Assembly: GCA_963729625.1 (NCBI GenBank)
Contig: CAVSOU010000011.1
Coordinates: 320,001 to 384,000, forward strand
Length of the DNA: 64,000 nucleotides
Reading direction: 5' to 3'
Origin: an uncultured bacterium
GTDB lineage: Bacteria; Chloroflexota; UBA5177; JANWHV01
In this document: piece after piece, positions 29,435-38,379 of the stretch
How positions within the stretch are numbered: the first letter of the stretch is position 1
How the letters are laid out: the number at the start of each line of letters is the position of its first letter
The notes under the pieces: generated by a model
Databases searched by the model: none
What the model was told of the DNA's origin: nothing
The model's input: only the letters and a program-made list of their open reading frames with translations
Translations under genes and position numbers: made by a program

Positions 29435-30550
29435 CTAGCCGAACACCGCGTGCATCCGGTCGCAGTAATACCGCACGGTGTCCCACTCGGCATCGGGAGC
29501 GATGCGATGATCCGGGCACGGGATGTAGCCACCCAGAGCGACCAGAGGGCGGAGGCGCTCGATCTCGGCGTCGACCGCCGCGCGATCCCGAGCGAAAACC
29601 CGCTTGTCCATGCCGCCGACGCCGCGGAGCTCGCGCCCGAAGCGCTCGCGCCAGGAGGCGATGCTGGCATTCCAGGTGCCGACCTCGATCGGGAACATCG
29701 TGTTTACCCCGTTTCGCAGCCATATCGGCAGCAAGCGGTCGATCTTGCCATCACAGTCGAGCGATACGATGTCGATGCCGTGATCGTGCAATAGCCGGGT
29801 GATGCGTGCGTAGTGCGGGCCAACCTTGCGCTCGAAGACGGCGGGATTGACCAGTGGTCCGTTCTTAAAACAGATATCTTCCCAGAAGTGCCCGAAATCG
29901 AAGATGACACCAGAGGCAAGGACCTGCCGAGTAACGTCGTAGCACAAATCAGCGACCGTCGTGATCATCTCGTCCACGAGGTCCTCGTCGTCGGCGAGCA
30001 GATAGCTGAGCCCCACGACACCACACCAGTCGCGGAGCTTGCCGAACAGGCTGCCGCAGTGGATGCCGATCGGCGTGTCGCGGTCGTGCGCGTTGCGCAC
30101 CGCCTCCAGCGCCTCGCGGTCAATTCGCCCGGCCGCCGGTTGCAGTCGCGGCTTGTAATGCTCTTCCCAGCCGGCTCGGTCTTTGAGCAGGTGGTCGACT
30201 TCCGCGGGGATCGAGCGTAGGCCGTCTTTCTGCATGACAACGACCCCGTCGACGCTGACGATCAGCCTGGTGCCGTCGGGTCGTTCCTCTACTACGCGCT
30301 CCTTGAACGGCGGCTCGAGCCCGGAGTTGGCGGCGAAGCAGGAGTACCAGTTGAAATCGAAACCGAGCCGGGCCGAGAGCGTCTGGTCCCACTGATTGCC
30401 GTCAGCGAAACCCTGCGCCTCCTCCGATGACACATGTCCGTCGGCCCGCCACTTGGCGAGCGTCTCTTCCCAGAACCCAAAATGGACTACCGGCAGCCGG
30501 TCATAGGCTGTGTAGCGGAGCAGGGCCAGCGTTCGCTCCCTGTTCGTCAT
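29435..30550 (-). CDS. Uroporphyrinogen decarboxylase (URO-D)-like family protein
   Basis: MTNRERTLA, WEDICFKNGPLVNP, SLDCDG, FPIEVG, GGMDKR, GGYIPCPDHRIAP. Confidence 0.85.
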   Translation of the reverse strand: MTNRERTLALLRYTAYDRLPVVHFGFWEETLAKWRADGHVSSEEAQGFADGNQWDQTLSARLGFDFNWYSCFAANSGLEPPFKERVVEERPDGTRLIVSVDGVVVMQKDGLRSIPAEVDHLLKDRAGWEEHYKPRLQPAAGRIDREALEAVRNAHDRDTPIGIHCGSLFGKLRDWCGVVGLSYLLADDEDLVDEMITTVADLCYDVTRQVLASGVIFDFGHFWEDICFKNGPLVNPAVFERKVGPHYARITRLLHDHGIDIVSLDCDGKIDRLLPIWLRNGVNTMFPIEVGTWNASIASWRERFGRELRGVGGMDKRVFARDRAAVDAEIERLRPLVALGGYIPCPDHRIAPDAEWDTVRYYCDRMHAVFG

Positions 30551-30694
30551 TGCGTCATTGTCCTTCTCACTCTCTGGCGGTCAGAGATGGCGGACGTACG
30601 AACCGGAGCCCACAGCGGTTACCGCCTCGCGTGTGCTTGCTCCAGGTGCTGCTCTCCAGATATGGTAGCTTTGGTCGGTCCCCACCCGACTGTA

Positions 30695-31473
30695 TCATTG
30701 TCCGGCGCCGTCCCCACTCGCCGGACGCGGCAAGACGAGGTAGCTCCCACCCGTCTCGACAGCGAAGTGCACGACACAAACCTCCGGACACGTGACAGGC
30801 ACCGGCAGACTACCCCGCGACACCGTCAAAGGCTGGAGGCCCCGCACACGGCATATGCCATTGCGCGATGCATCGATGATCGCACACTGCAGGGTCCCGT
30901 CTTGCCATGCGATTGCCGCCTCAAAGCCGCCTCGTGCCCGCAAGCCCTGCACTTTGCCCGCCGGCCACGCGCTGGGGAGGGCAGGAAGCAGGTGGATTTC
31001 ACCGTCGTGGCTCTGGAGCAACATCTCGACGATCCCCGCCGTCACACCGAAGCTCGCGTCAATCTGGAACGGCGGATGGGCTACGAACATGTTGGGATAC
31101 AGCCCGGCACCGGCGCCGGCATAGCTCGTGCCGGCCGTCGTGGTCGGGACAATCAGGCGTGAAAGCAGGCTGCAGGCCCGGTCTCCGTCCTGCAGCCGGG
31201 CCCACTGGCTGATCCTCCAGGCAATCGCCCAGCCGGTGGCCTCGTCCCCGCGCAACTCCAGGCTCTTGCGCGCGGCTCGCGACAGCGCCGGGGTGCCGCG
31301 CAGCGTGATCTGTCGCCCGGGGTGTAGGCCGAACAGGTGGGACGTGTGGCGATGCCGATCCTCGGGATCGTCCCAATCCTCCGACCATTCCTGAAGCTGG
31401 CCGAGCCGGCCGATACGCGGCGGGGTGAGACGCGCGCGGGCAGCGGCCAGTTGCACCTGAAAGTCGCGATCGA
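30695..31473 (-). pseudogene. GH95 alpha-1,2-L-fucosidase C-terminal fragment (N-terminal part missing)
   Basis: GQLQEW, HRHTSHL.GLHPG, TGWAIAW...WARL.DG, LYPNMF..HPPFQID, EMLLQSH, LLPALP..W..G.V.GLRARG. Homology begins only at about 31473. Confidence 0.88.
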
Positions 31474-32662
31474 AGTTCTCCAGCGCGATGCCCTGGGCAA
31501 AGCGACGGTGCGCGGAGAGTCGGGAGACAGCACCGATCTGCCCGTGGGTGGGCCCTATGCGATTCGCGGAGCGACGGGCGTGCTGGTGGGGGACATCTGG
31601 GTTTTGGCCGGGCAAAGCAACATGGAGGGCGTGGGGGACCTGGTGGATGTCGAAGAACCCTCCCCGTTCGTGCACTCATTCCAGTCCCGCGAGGAGTGGG
31701 CGATCGCGGAGGAGCCCTTGCACTGGCTCTATGAGTCGCCGCAGCCGGTGCATCATCGCTTGTTTGACCGGGAACCTATACCTGACAGACTCGAGGAGCG
31801 TGATCCGAGCCGGGCCAAGGGCGCCGGCCTTGGCCTTCCCTTTGCCAAGCACCTGCACGCATGCACGGGTGTGCCGATCGGTCTCGTCCCCTGTGCGCAC
31901 GGGGGCACGACGATGGCGCACTGGGATCCGCGCCTCAATGACGGATCGGGTGAATCGCTCTACGGGGCCTTGTTACGGCGCATTCATGCAGTGGGCGGCA
32001 ACATTGCAGGCGTGTTGTGGTACCAGGGAGAATCAGATGCGTTGCCGCAGCAGGTCGATACCTACAGCGAGCGCATGACGAACCTCGTGTCCGCGCTGCG
32101 GAACGATCTGGCACAGTCCGACCTGCCATTCTACGTCGTCCAACTTGGATGCGTGGCGTTTGGCGCCGAACAAGACGTGGACGGCTGGAACGGTATCAGA
32201 GAGCTCCAGCGCACGTGGGCTGGAACTGTTGCCGGGACTGCTATGGTCCCCACTATCGACCTCGGACTGGACGATGTGGTTCACCTTGCCACGCAGGAGC
32301 TTAAGCGCTTGGGTCGGCGCCTTGCGGCAGTTGCTGCCGGAGACCCGCCTCTTGCGGTTGCCCGCGTCACGGTCGACGGGCCGCGCATCGGTATCATAGT
32401 GGATAACGTGCGCGGCGGGCTGCGCGCACAAGGGCGACCTGCAGGCTTCTCGCTGCGCGACAGAGGGGGGAAGGATCTCCTGGGCGTGTTCAAGGTCACC
32501 CTGGAAGAGAACCGCGCTTGCCTCCACATCGACCTGAACTTGCTGCCGCCTGAGGCCTATCTGTGGTATGGATGTGGCCTCAATCCGTACTGCAATATCA
32601 CCGATCTGACCGACGCGGCCCTGCCTGCTTTCGGTCCATGGCGTGTGGAGCTGCGGACATGA
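31472..32662 (+). CDS. Sialate O-acetylesterase / SGNH (SASA-domain) carbohydrate esterase, start region apparently lost
   Basis: LAGQSNMEG, CAHGGT, WYQGESD and DVVH catalytic blocks. Homology starts at EVLQRD; the upstream ORF extension is antisense GH95 sequence. Confidence 0.85.
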   Translation, partial: EVLQRDALGKATVRGESGDSTDLPVGGPYAIRGATGVLVGDIWVLAGQSNMEGVGDLVDVEEPSPFVHSFQSREEWAIAEEPLHWLYESPQPVHHRLFDREPIPDRLEERDPSRAKGAGLGLPFAKHLHACTGVPIGLVPCAHGGTTMAHWDPRLNDGSGESLYGALLRRIHAVGGNIAGVLWYQGESDALPQQVDTYSERMTNLVSALRNDLAQSDLPFYVVQLGCVAFGAEQDVDGWNGIRELQRTWAGTVAGTAMVPTIDLGLDDVVHLATQELKRLGRRLAAVAAGDPPLAVARVTVDGPRIGIIVDNVRGGLRAQGRPAGFSLRDRGGKDLLGVFKVTLEENRACLHIDLNLLPPEAYLWYGCGLNPYCNITDLTDAALPAFGPWRVELRT

Positions 32663-32835
32663 CGCCGGGGCCGGCAGTGGCAGTGCATGAGAGCTAGTAT
32701 CCGCAGGCGGATCGTTGCATCGCTAGAGGATCGAATGTGCCATCCGTAGGCGGCCCCGCGACTGCCCGTGGTGCCGAGCAGGCTGGTATTCTCCCAGCCG
32801 CGGCCCGTGCGTGTATTGCCAGAGGAAGTGAGTAG

Positions 32836-35295
32836 ATGCGAATTGAGCGGTGTGCTCGAACGCCTGAAGGCGTGATCCTCGAGACCACCAAGGGGCTGAT
32901 CAAGATCGAACCGCGCGGCGCTGCCATTGTGCACGTGGTGTACACGGCGGGCGAGGCATTCAGCGAGAAGCAGAGCCTGGCGGTCCTGCCTGCCAGCGGG
33001 GCGCCCGTGGTCTGGGAGCTGGACGAGCTCCCCGATGCGCTCCACCTTCGCACCGCCGCATTGGACGTCGCCGTAGATCGCGCAACCGGCGCCTTCACCT
33101 ACCGCGATAAGCGCGGGAATCTGCTGGTCCGCGAACCAGAGCAGGGCGGCAAGACGCTCGTCCCGGTCGACGTCCTGAGGACGGTGTTCGACCCGGTGCC
33201 GGCGCTGCGGGTCGAACACACCGTCGATGGGGAGCGCGTGCGAGCGGAGGAGGCGCGGCAAGTGGTCGACCGCACCGCCTACCATGCGAAGCTGGACTTC
33301 GTGTGGAGCGAGGACGAGGCCCTCTACGGACTTGGGTCGCACGAAGAAGGCATCATGAACTTGCGGGGTACACACCAGTATCTGTACCAGCAGAACATGA
33401 AGGCGGTCGTGCCTGTCCTCGTCTCGACCAAGGGCTACGGCGTCCTGATGGACTGCTATTCGCTAATGACCTTCCACGACGACCAGCATGGGTCGTATCT
33501 GTGGACCGACGTGGACGATGAGCTCGACTTCTACTTCATCTACGGGCCCGCGCTCGACGCCGTCGTCGCCGGCTATCGAGAGCTGACCGGACGTGCACCC
33601 ATGCTCCCCAAGTGGGCCTTCGGGTACGTGCACTCTCAGCCCACGTACACCTCGCAGGACGAGCTGATCGCCGTCGTGCGAGCCTACCGCGAACGCCGGA
33701 TCCCGCTCGACGTGATCGTGCAGGACTACCTGTCCTGGCCGGGCACGTGGTGGGGCCAGAAATCGTTTGACCCCACGCGCTATCCGGATCCGGATGCCCT
33801 GGTGCAGCAATTGCATGATCTGCATGTCCGACTGATGGTCTCGATCTGGCCGAATATGACCAACGACGGGCCGAATCACCTGGAGATGCAGAAGCACCAG
33901 TGCCTCCTGGGCAATCGGTCCACCTACAATGCCTTCAGCCCTCTTGCTCGCGCGCTGTACTGGAAACAGGCGCATGATGGATTGTTCGCGCACGGCGTGG
34001 ACGCCTGGTGGTGCGACTGCACAGAGCCGTTTGAGGCCGACTGGAACGGTGAAGTGAAACGCGAGCCAGAGGAGCGCCTGCGAGTCAACACCGAGGAAGC
34101 CAAACGGTACCTGGACCCCGAACACATCAACGCCTATTCGCTGCTGCACGCAAAGGGCATGTACGATGGGCAGCGCGCCACCACGAACGACAAGCGCGTG
34201 CTAAATCTGACGCGTTCGTCGTACGCCGGCCAACACCGCTACGGCACCATCACCTGGTCGGGCGATACCGCCGCGAGCTGGGAGACTCTGCGCCGCCAGA
34301 TTCCTGCCGGTCTCAACTTCTGTGCCGCCGGCGAGCCCTATTGGACGCTCGATATCGGCGCATTCTTCGTTGCAAAGCGGGAGCAGTGGTTCTGGGATGG
34401 GCAGTACGACGCTGGCTGCGATGACCTCGGCTACCGCGAGCTCTACGTTCGCTGGTTTCAGCTGGGGACGTTTCTGCCCATGTTCCGCGCGCACGGCACG
34501 GACACACCACGCGAAGTATGGCGGTTCGGCGAACCCGGCTCGATGTTCTACGATGCGTTGGTGAGCTTCATCCATCTGCGTTACCGGCTGCTGCCGTATA
34601 TCTACTCAGTGGCAGGCTGGATAACCCAATCGGCATACACGATGCTGCGCGCGTTGCCCTTCGATTTCCGCCTTGACCCCACGACATACGACATCTGCGA
34701 CGAGTTCATGTTTGGACCCGCATTCCTCGTCTGTCCGGTGACCACGCCAATGTACTATGGCGCCGGCTCGAAAGAGCTCAAGCGTACCGGCAGGATACGA
34801 CCGGTGTACTTGCCGGCCGGCACTGACTGGTACGACTACTGGACCAATGCGCGGTACGCTGGCGGACAGTGGATCGATGCCGAGGCGCCGCTGGATCGTC
34901 TGCCGCTGTACGTGCGGGCAGGTTCCATCGTACCGACGGGTCCCAGAGTCCAGCACACCGGCGAGCGATCGGACAGCCTCGAGCCGAGTATTTATGCCGG
35001 GCAGGACGCCGACTTCGATCTGTACGATGACGAAGGCGACAACTACAACTATGAGGGCGGAGCCTTCGAGGTCATTCCAGTGCACTGGGACGATCGTCAG
35101 TGCGTCCTGACCATCGGCGCTCGGAGGGGTACGTACCCGGGCATGCCAAGCCTGAGGAAGTTCAGTGTCATGGTGATCGGGCCAGAGCAGGTCACCTCGT
35201 CTGGGAGACACTGCGGTTCAGATACGTGCATTGAGTATGATGGCTCCTGCCTGGTGCTCCCGCTAGTATCAAAGGGCTCCGGATCGGAGGCATAA
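32836..35295 (+). CDS. GH31 alpha-xylosidase/alpha-glucosidase
   Basis: MLPKWAFG, IPLDVIVQD, WWCDCTEP nucleophile, WSGDT acid/base, YWTLDIGAF, RWFQ, RAHGT. Confidence 0.95.
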   Translation: MRIERCARTPEGVILETTKGLIKIEPRGAAIVHVVYTAGEAFSEKQSLAVLPASGAPVVWELDELPDALHLRTAALDVAVDRATGAFTYRDKRGNLLVREPEQGGKTLVPVDVLRTVFDPVPALRVEHTVDGERVRAEEARQVVDRTAYHAKLDFVWSEDEALYGLGSHEEGIMNLRGTHQYLYQQNMKAVVPVLVSTKGYGVLMDCYSLMTFHDDQHGSYLWTDVDDELDFYFIYGPALDAVVAGYRELTGRAPMLPKWAFGYVHSQPTYTSQDELIAVVRAYRERRIPLDVIVQDYLSWPGTWWGQKSFDPTRYPDPDALVQQLHDLHVRLMVSIWPNMTNDGPNHLEMQKHQCLLGNRSTYNAFSPLARALYWKQAHDGLFAHGVDAWWCDCTEPFEADWNGEVKREPEERLRVNTEEAKRYLDPEHINAYSLLHAKGMYDGQRATTNDKRVLNLTRSSYAGQHRYGTITWSGDTAASWETLRRQIPAGLNFCAAGEPYWTLDIGAFFVAKREQWFWDGQYDAGCDDLGYRELYVRWFQLGTFLPMFRAHGTDTPREVWRFGEPGSMFYDALVSFIHLRYRLLPYIYSVAGWITQSAYTMLRALPFDFRLDPTTYDICDEFMFGPAFLVCPVTTPMYYGAGSKELKRTGRIRPVYLPAGTDWYDYWTNARYAGGQWIDAEAPLDRLPLYVRAGSIVPTGPRVQHTGERSDSLEPSIYAGQDADFDLYDDEGDNYNYEGGAFEVIPVHWDDRQCVLTIGARRGTYPGMPSLRKFSVMVIGPEQVTSSGRHCGSDTCIEYDGSCLVLPLVSKGSGSEA

Positions 35296-35673
35296 GGTCG
35301 CTGGAGTGCTCGTCCTAGATGTCTCTGCCCAGTGTCTATCGCCGTCCGTCGCTCTCTGGACGTGATAGATTCCGGCCGCATTGGTAGACAGAATGCGCCG
35401 ACTCTCGTGTCAGTCCATGAGCAGCGAGGTCGGTACCGGCAACGCCTGGCGTCCAGAGAGATGCATCAGTGCCCGTGGCTATCAATACTCTGCGTCATGG
35501 CCAAGGCTTGCTTGAAGCGGCAATAACGCCAACGCACGACTACACCTGTGAGACCGATTCCTTCGAGATACGTTCGTCTCATGGTGAAGTGCACATATGT
35601 GTCAAGCGAATTCTGGCAGAGCGTCAGGCCGTCGCCCTGCCGCTGGAAAGGTCAAGGTACGGCGCGGTAGACC

Positions 35674-37083
35674 TTACGCCATCGTCTTGTTGTTGCGTTT
35701 CCCATCGAACGACAGTCGCACCTTCTTGCCATCGATCACGGTCTCGAGATGCACTGTCCGGTTCCAGATAGCATACGTATGCTGGAGCGTCTTTTCGGCG
35801 TAACGGATGTCCAGCTCGGAGACGTCGAAGCGGTGTTCAAGATACAGCTCTCGATTACCGCGATAGTCGCCGTCAGCGACCACGATCACCGGCAGGCCGA
35901 AGTTGTCCAGGCTGGCAACAAGTGCGTCGCGGACGTTTCGCCAATCCGTGTCCGCAACTTGCCACTCGTCATCCACCAGCTTATAGGTGTAGAGGTCGAG
36001 ATCGCGCACCAGGTCCTCGGTGAGATACTTGCGCAGCAGCGTCTGATCGCTTTCCATCTCGCGCACTTCGAACAGCTTTGATCGTCCCTGACCGAGTGTC
36101 CTGCCGAGGTGTTCCTGTTCCTCTGTCGTCGGACTGTCCCAGCGGCGCTCAATGTCTTCGAGCACTTTGAAGCCGAGATAGTATGGGTTCACCCGCATCC
36201 GTCCGCTCGGCGATACGACTCCCGCGTGCATGCGGGCAAACGCTGCGTGCTCTGCCGGGGGCAGATCAAGCGCCTCCATGATCCGATAATGCCAGTAGCT
36301 GGCCCAGCCTTCGTTGATGATCTTCGTCTGCATCTGAGGCAGAAAGTAGAGCATCTCCTCACGCACAATGGCCAGGACGTCCCGCTGCCAGTCATCGAGG
36401 TCCTGGGCATGGGCGGCAAGAAAATAGAGCAGGTCGTGTTCGGGGTGCTCGGGCACCTTCTTGCCGCGACCAGGCTTCTCGGCCTTCGCCGGCGCTTCGC
36501 CCAGGGTGAGCATATCCTCGTACGGCGACCCACGGCTGGATTCCGACGGTTTCGTCTGTTCGGCGTGCCACCCAGGTTGGTTGTCGGGACTTAGCGAGAC
36601 ATGCTCTTTCAGGGATAACACGGCGTCCAGGAATTGCTCGACGGAACGCGGACCGTGCTCAAACTCGTAGCGTGCCACGCGATCGGCGTGGGCACTGACC
36701 GTCTCTGGCATCTTCCGATTGGTATGGCCAAAGTACGCGTTGTTCTTGAAGAAATCAGTGTGGCCGAGCACGTGAGCCATCACCATCTTGTTCTCGAGGG
36801 CATCGTTTGTGTCGAGAAGGAAGGCCTGTGATGGGTTGGCGTTGACGACCAGCTCGTAGATCTTGGACAAGCCGTAATCGTACATGGTCTTCATGTTGTA
36901 GAACGCTTTGCCGTGGGTCCAGTGACTGAAGCGGCCAGGTATGCCGTAGGCGCCGAACTCATACATGATCGACGCGGGCACGATCTCGAAGTGCGTGGGA
37001 AACGGATCCAGCCCGAACGACCCGGCAACATCCCATACTGCTTGCATCGTCGCTTCAGGATTTGGATCGGTGCGCACTGGCAT
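35674..37083 (-). CDS. spoVR: SpoVR family protein
   Basis: PGRFSHWTHGK, SKIYELVVN, AHVLGHTDFFKNN, TKIINEGWASYWH; TGATG overlap with the yhbH stop. Confidence 0.95.
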   Translation of the reverse strand: MPVRTDPNPEATMQAVWDVAGSFGLDPFPTHFEIVPASIMYEFGAYGIPGRFSHWTHGKAFYNMKTMYDYGLSKIYELVVNANPSQAFLLDTNDALENKMVMAHVLGHTDFFKNNAYFGHTNRKMPETVSAHADRVARYEFEHGPRSVEQFLDAVLSLKEHVSLSPDNQPGWHAEQTKPSESSRGSPYEDMLTLGEAPAKAEKPGRGKKVPEHPEHDLLYFLAAHAQDLDDWQRDVLAIVREEMLYFLPQMQTKIINEGWASYWHYRIMEALDLPPAEHAAFARMHAGVVSPSGRMRVNPYYLGFKVLEDIERRWDSPTTEEQEHLGRTLGQGRSKLFEVREMESDQTLLRKYLTEDLVRDLDLYTYKLVDDEWQVADTDWRNVRDALVASLDNFGLPVIVVADGDYRGNRELYLEHRFDVSELDIRYAEKTLQHTYAIWNRTVHLETVIDGKKVRLSFDGKRNNKTMA

Positions 37084-38306
37084 CAGACTGAGCCTACACG
37101 TTTGGCGAAGAACTTCTTGAGCGCCGCATAGACGTCCTCTTTCCCTTTGATCGTCACCGCGACGAATTCGGGGGCAGTGATCTCGGACAGTGCGGACATA
37201 AGCGTGCTGGTCGACCACCGGCCATACGACTGCTCCTTGATCTCGCCGTAGCCGAAGAGATTGCACCGCTCGACGAGCGACTTAACCAGCGTAACGCAGG
37301 CGGCATTGTCTTCGTCGCTCCAATTGTCGCCGTCACTGAAGTGGAACGGATAGATGTTCCAGCGATCGGCCGGAAATCGCTCCTCGATGATCTTGTCACA
37401 CAGTTTGTACGCGGTAGAAACACGAGTGCCGCCTCCCTCGCCAAGACTGAAGAACGCCTGCTCGTCGACCTCTTTTGCCTCCGTGTGGTGTGTGACAAAC
37501 ACAATCTGCACGCTTGAGTACTTCGTGCGCAGGAAACGAACCATCCAAAAATAGAACGCGCGCGTGATGTACTTCTCGAACTCACCCATGCTTCCGGAAA
37601 CGTCGCGCATGGCGATGACCACGGCGCTATGCCGCAGCTCCTTTGTCACATCCCAGGTGCGATAGCGAAGGTCATCGCGAGTGATTCTGAGGCCGCCTCC
37701 TGGCTTCGCGGCACCTGGGTCGTCCTCGGACGCGTCGCCTGCACGGTCCGGCGGCAAGGCCTGGAGGGCGCGCCCCATGGCCTGGCGCTTCATCGCCTGG
37801 AGAATGGACCGCTTCTTGTCGAGGTTGGGAAGGATGCCGACCTTACGCACGTCGTCGAAGCGCACGTGGTCAGACAGAACCTCTTGTTGGCCCTTGTCCT
37901 TCAAGTTCGGCAGGCCGAGGTCCGCAAAGATCATCTCGGCCAGCTCGTCGATCGTGAACTCAGTCTCATAATAGTCGACACCCGGCTGGTCGCCGGCGGT
38001 TCGTCCGCGCCCCGGCTGCTGCCTGGGCACCTGGCCGATTACATCGCCCGGCCTGCTGTCGCCCTGACCCTGGCCGACACCACCCTTCTTGAACGGATCG
38101 AAGCGGAAGCTGTACTCCTCAAGTGACCGCACGGGTACCTTGACGATCTTCGTGCCGTCGCTCGTGATGATCGACTCGTTGGAGATAATCTCGCCGAGAT
38201 GATCCTTGATCGCCTCCCGGACCTTCTGCTGGTGACGCGCCTGATCCTTGGGCCCCTTTCGGTGCAGGCTCCAATCGCTCTCGCTGATACTCATGGTCGT
38301 TGTCAT
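37083..38306 (-). CDS. yhbH: YhbH/YeaH (DUF444) vWA-like protein
   Basis: DWSLHRKG..DQ.RH, MRDVSGSM, HHTEAKEV, GGT, YPFHFSDGDNW. Confidence 0.93.
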   Translation of the reverse strand: MTTTMSISESDWSLHRKGPKDQARHQQKVREAIKDHLGEIISNESIITSDGTKIVKVPVRSLEEYSFRFDPFKKGGVGQGQGDSRPGDVIGQVPRQQPGRGRTAGDQPGVDYYETEFTIDELAEMIFADLGLPNLKDKGQQEVLSDHVRFDDVRKVGILPNLDKKRSILQAMKRQAMGRALQALPPDRAGDASEDDPGAAKPGGGLRITRDDLRYRTWDVTKELRHSAVVIAMRDVSGSMGEFEKYITRAFYFWMVRFLRTKYSSVQIVFVTHHTEAKEVDEQAFFSLGEGGGTRVSTAYKLCDKIIEERFPADRWNIYPFHFSDGDNWSDEDNAACVTLVKSLVERCNLFGYGEIKEQSYGRWSTSTLMSALSEITAPEFVAVTIKGKEDVYAALKKFFAKRVGSV

Positions 38307-38379
38307 TGGTATGGTTTGGCCCCGATCTCCACTCACGCCGGCGCGGGCGCCTCGCGCCATCTCACAGGCCCTCGCGAAT

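Noticed and set aside
29403-29723. 107-aa N-terminal extension of the GH78 ORF
   Set aside because: It overlaps the URO-D-like gene in another frame; an RBS and ATG at 29402 fit the family start.
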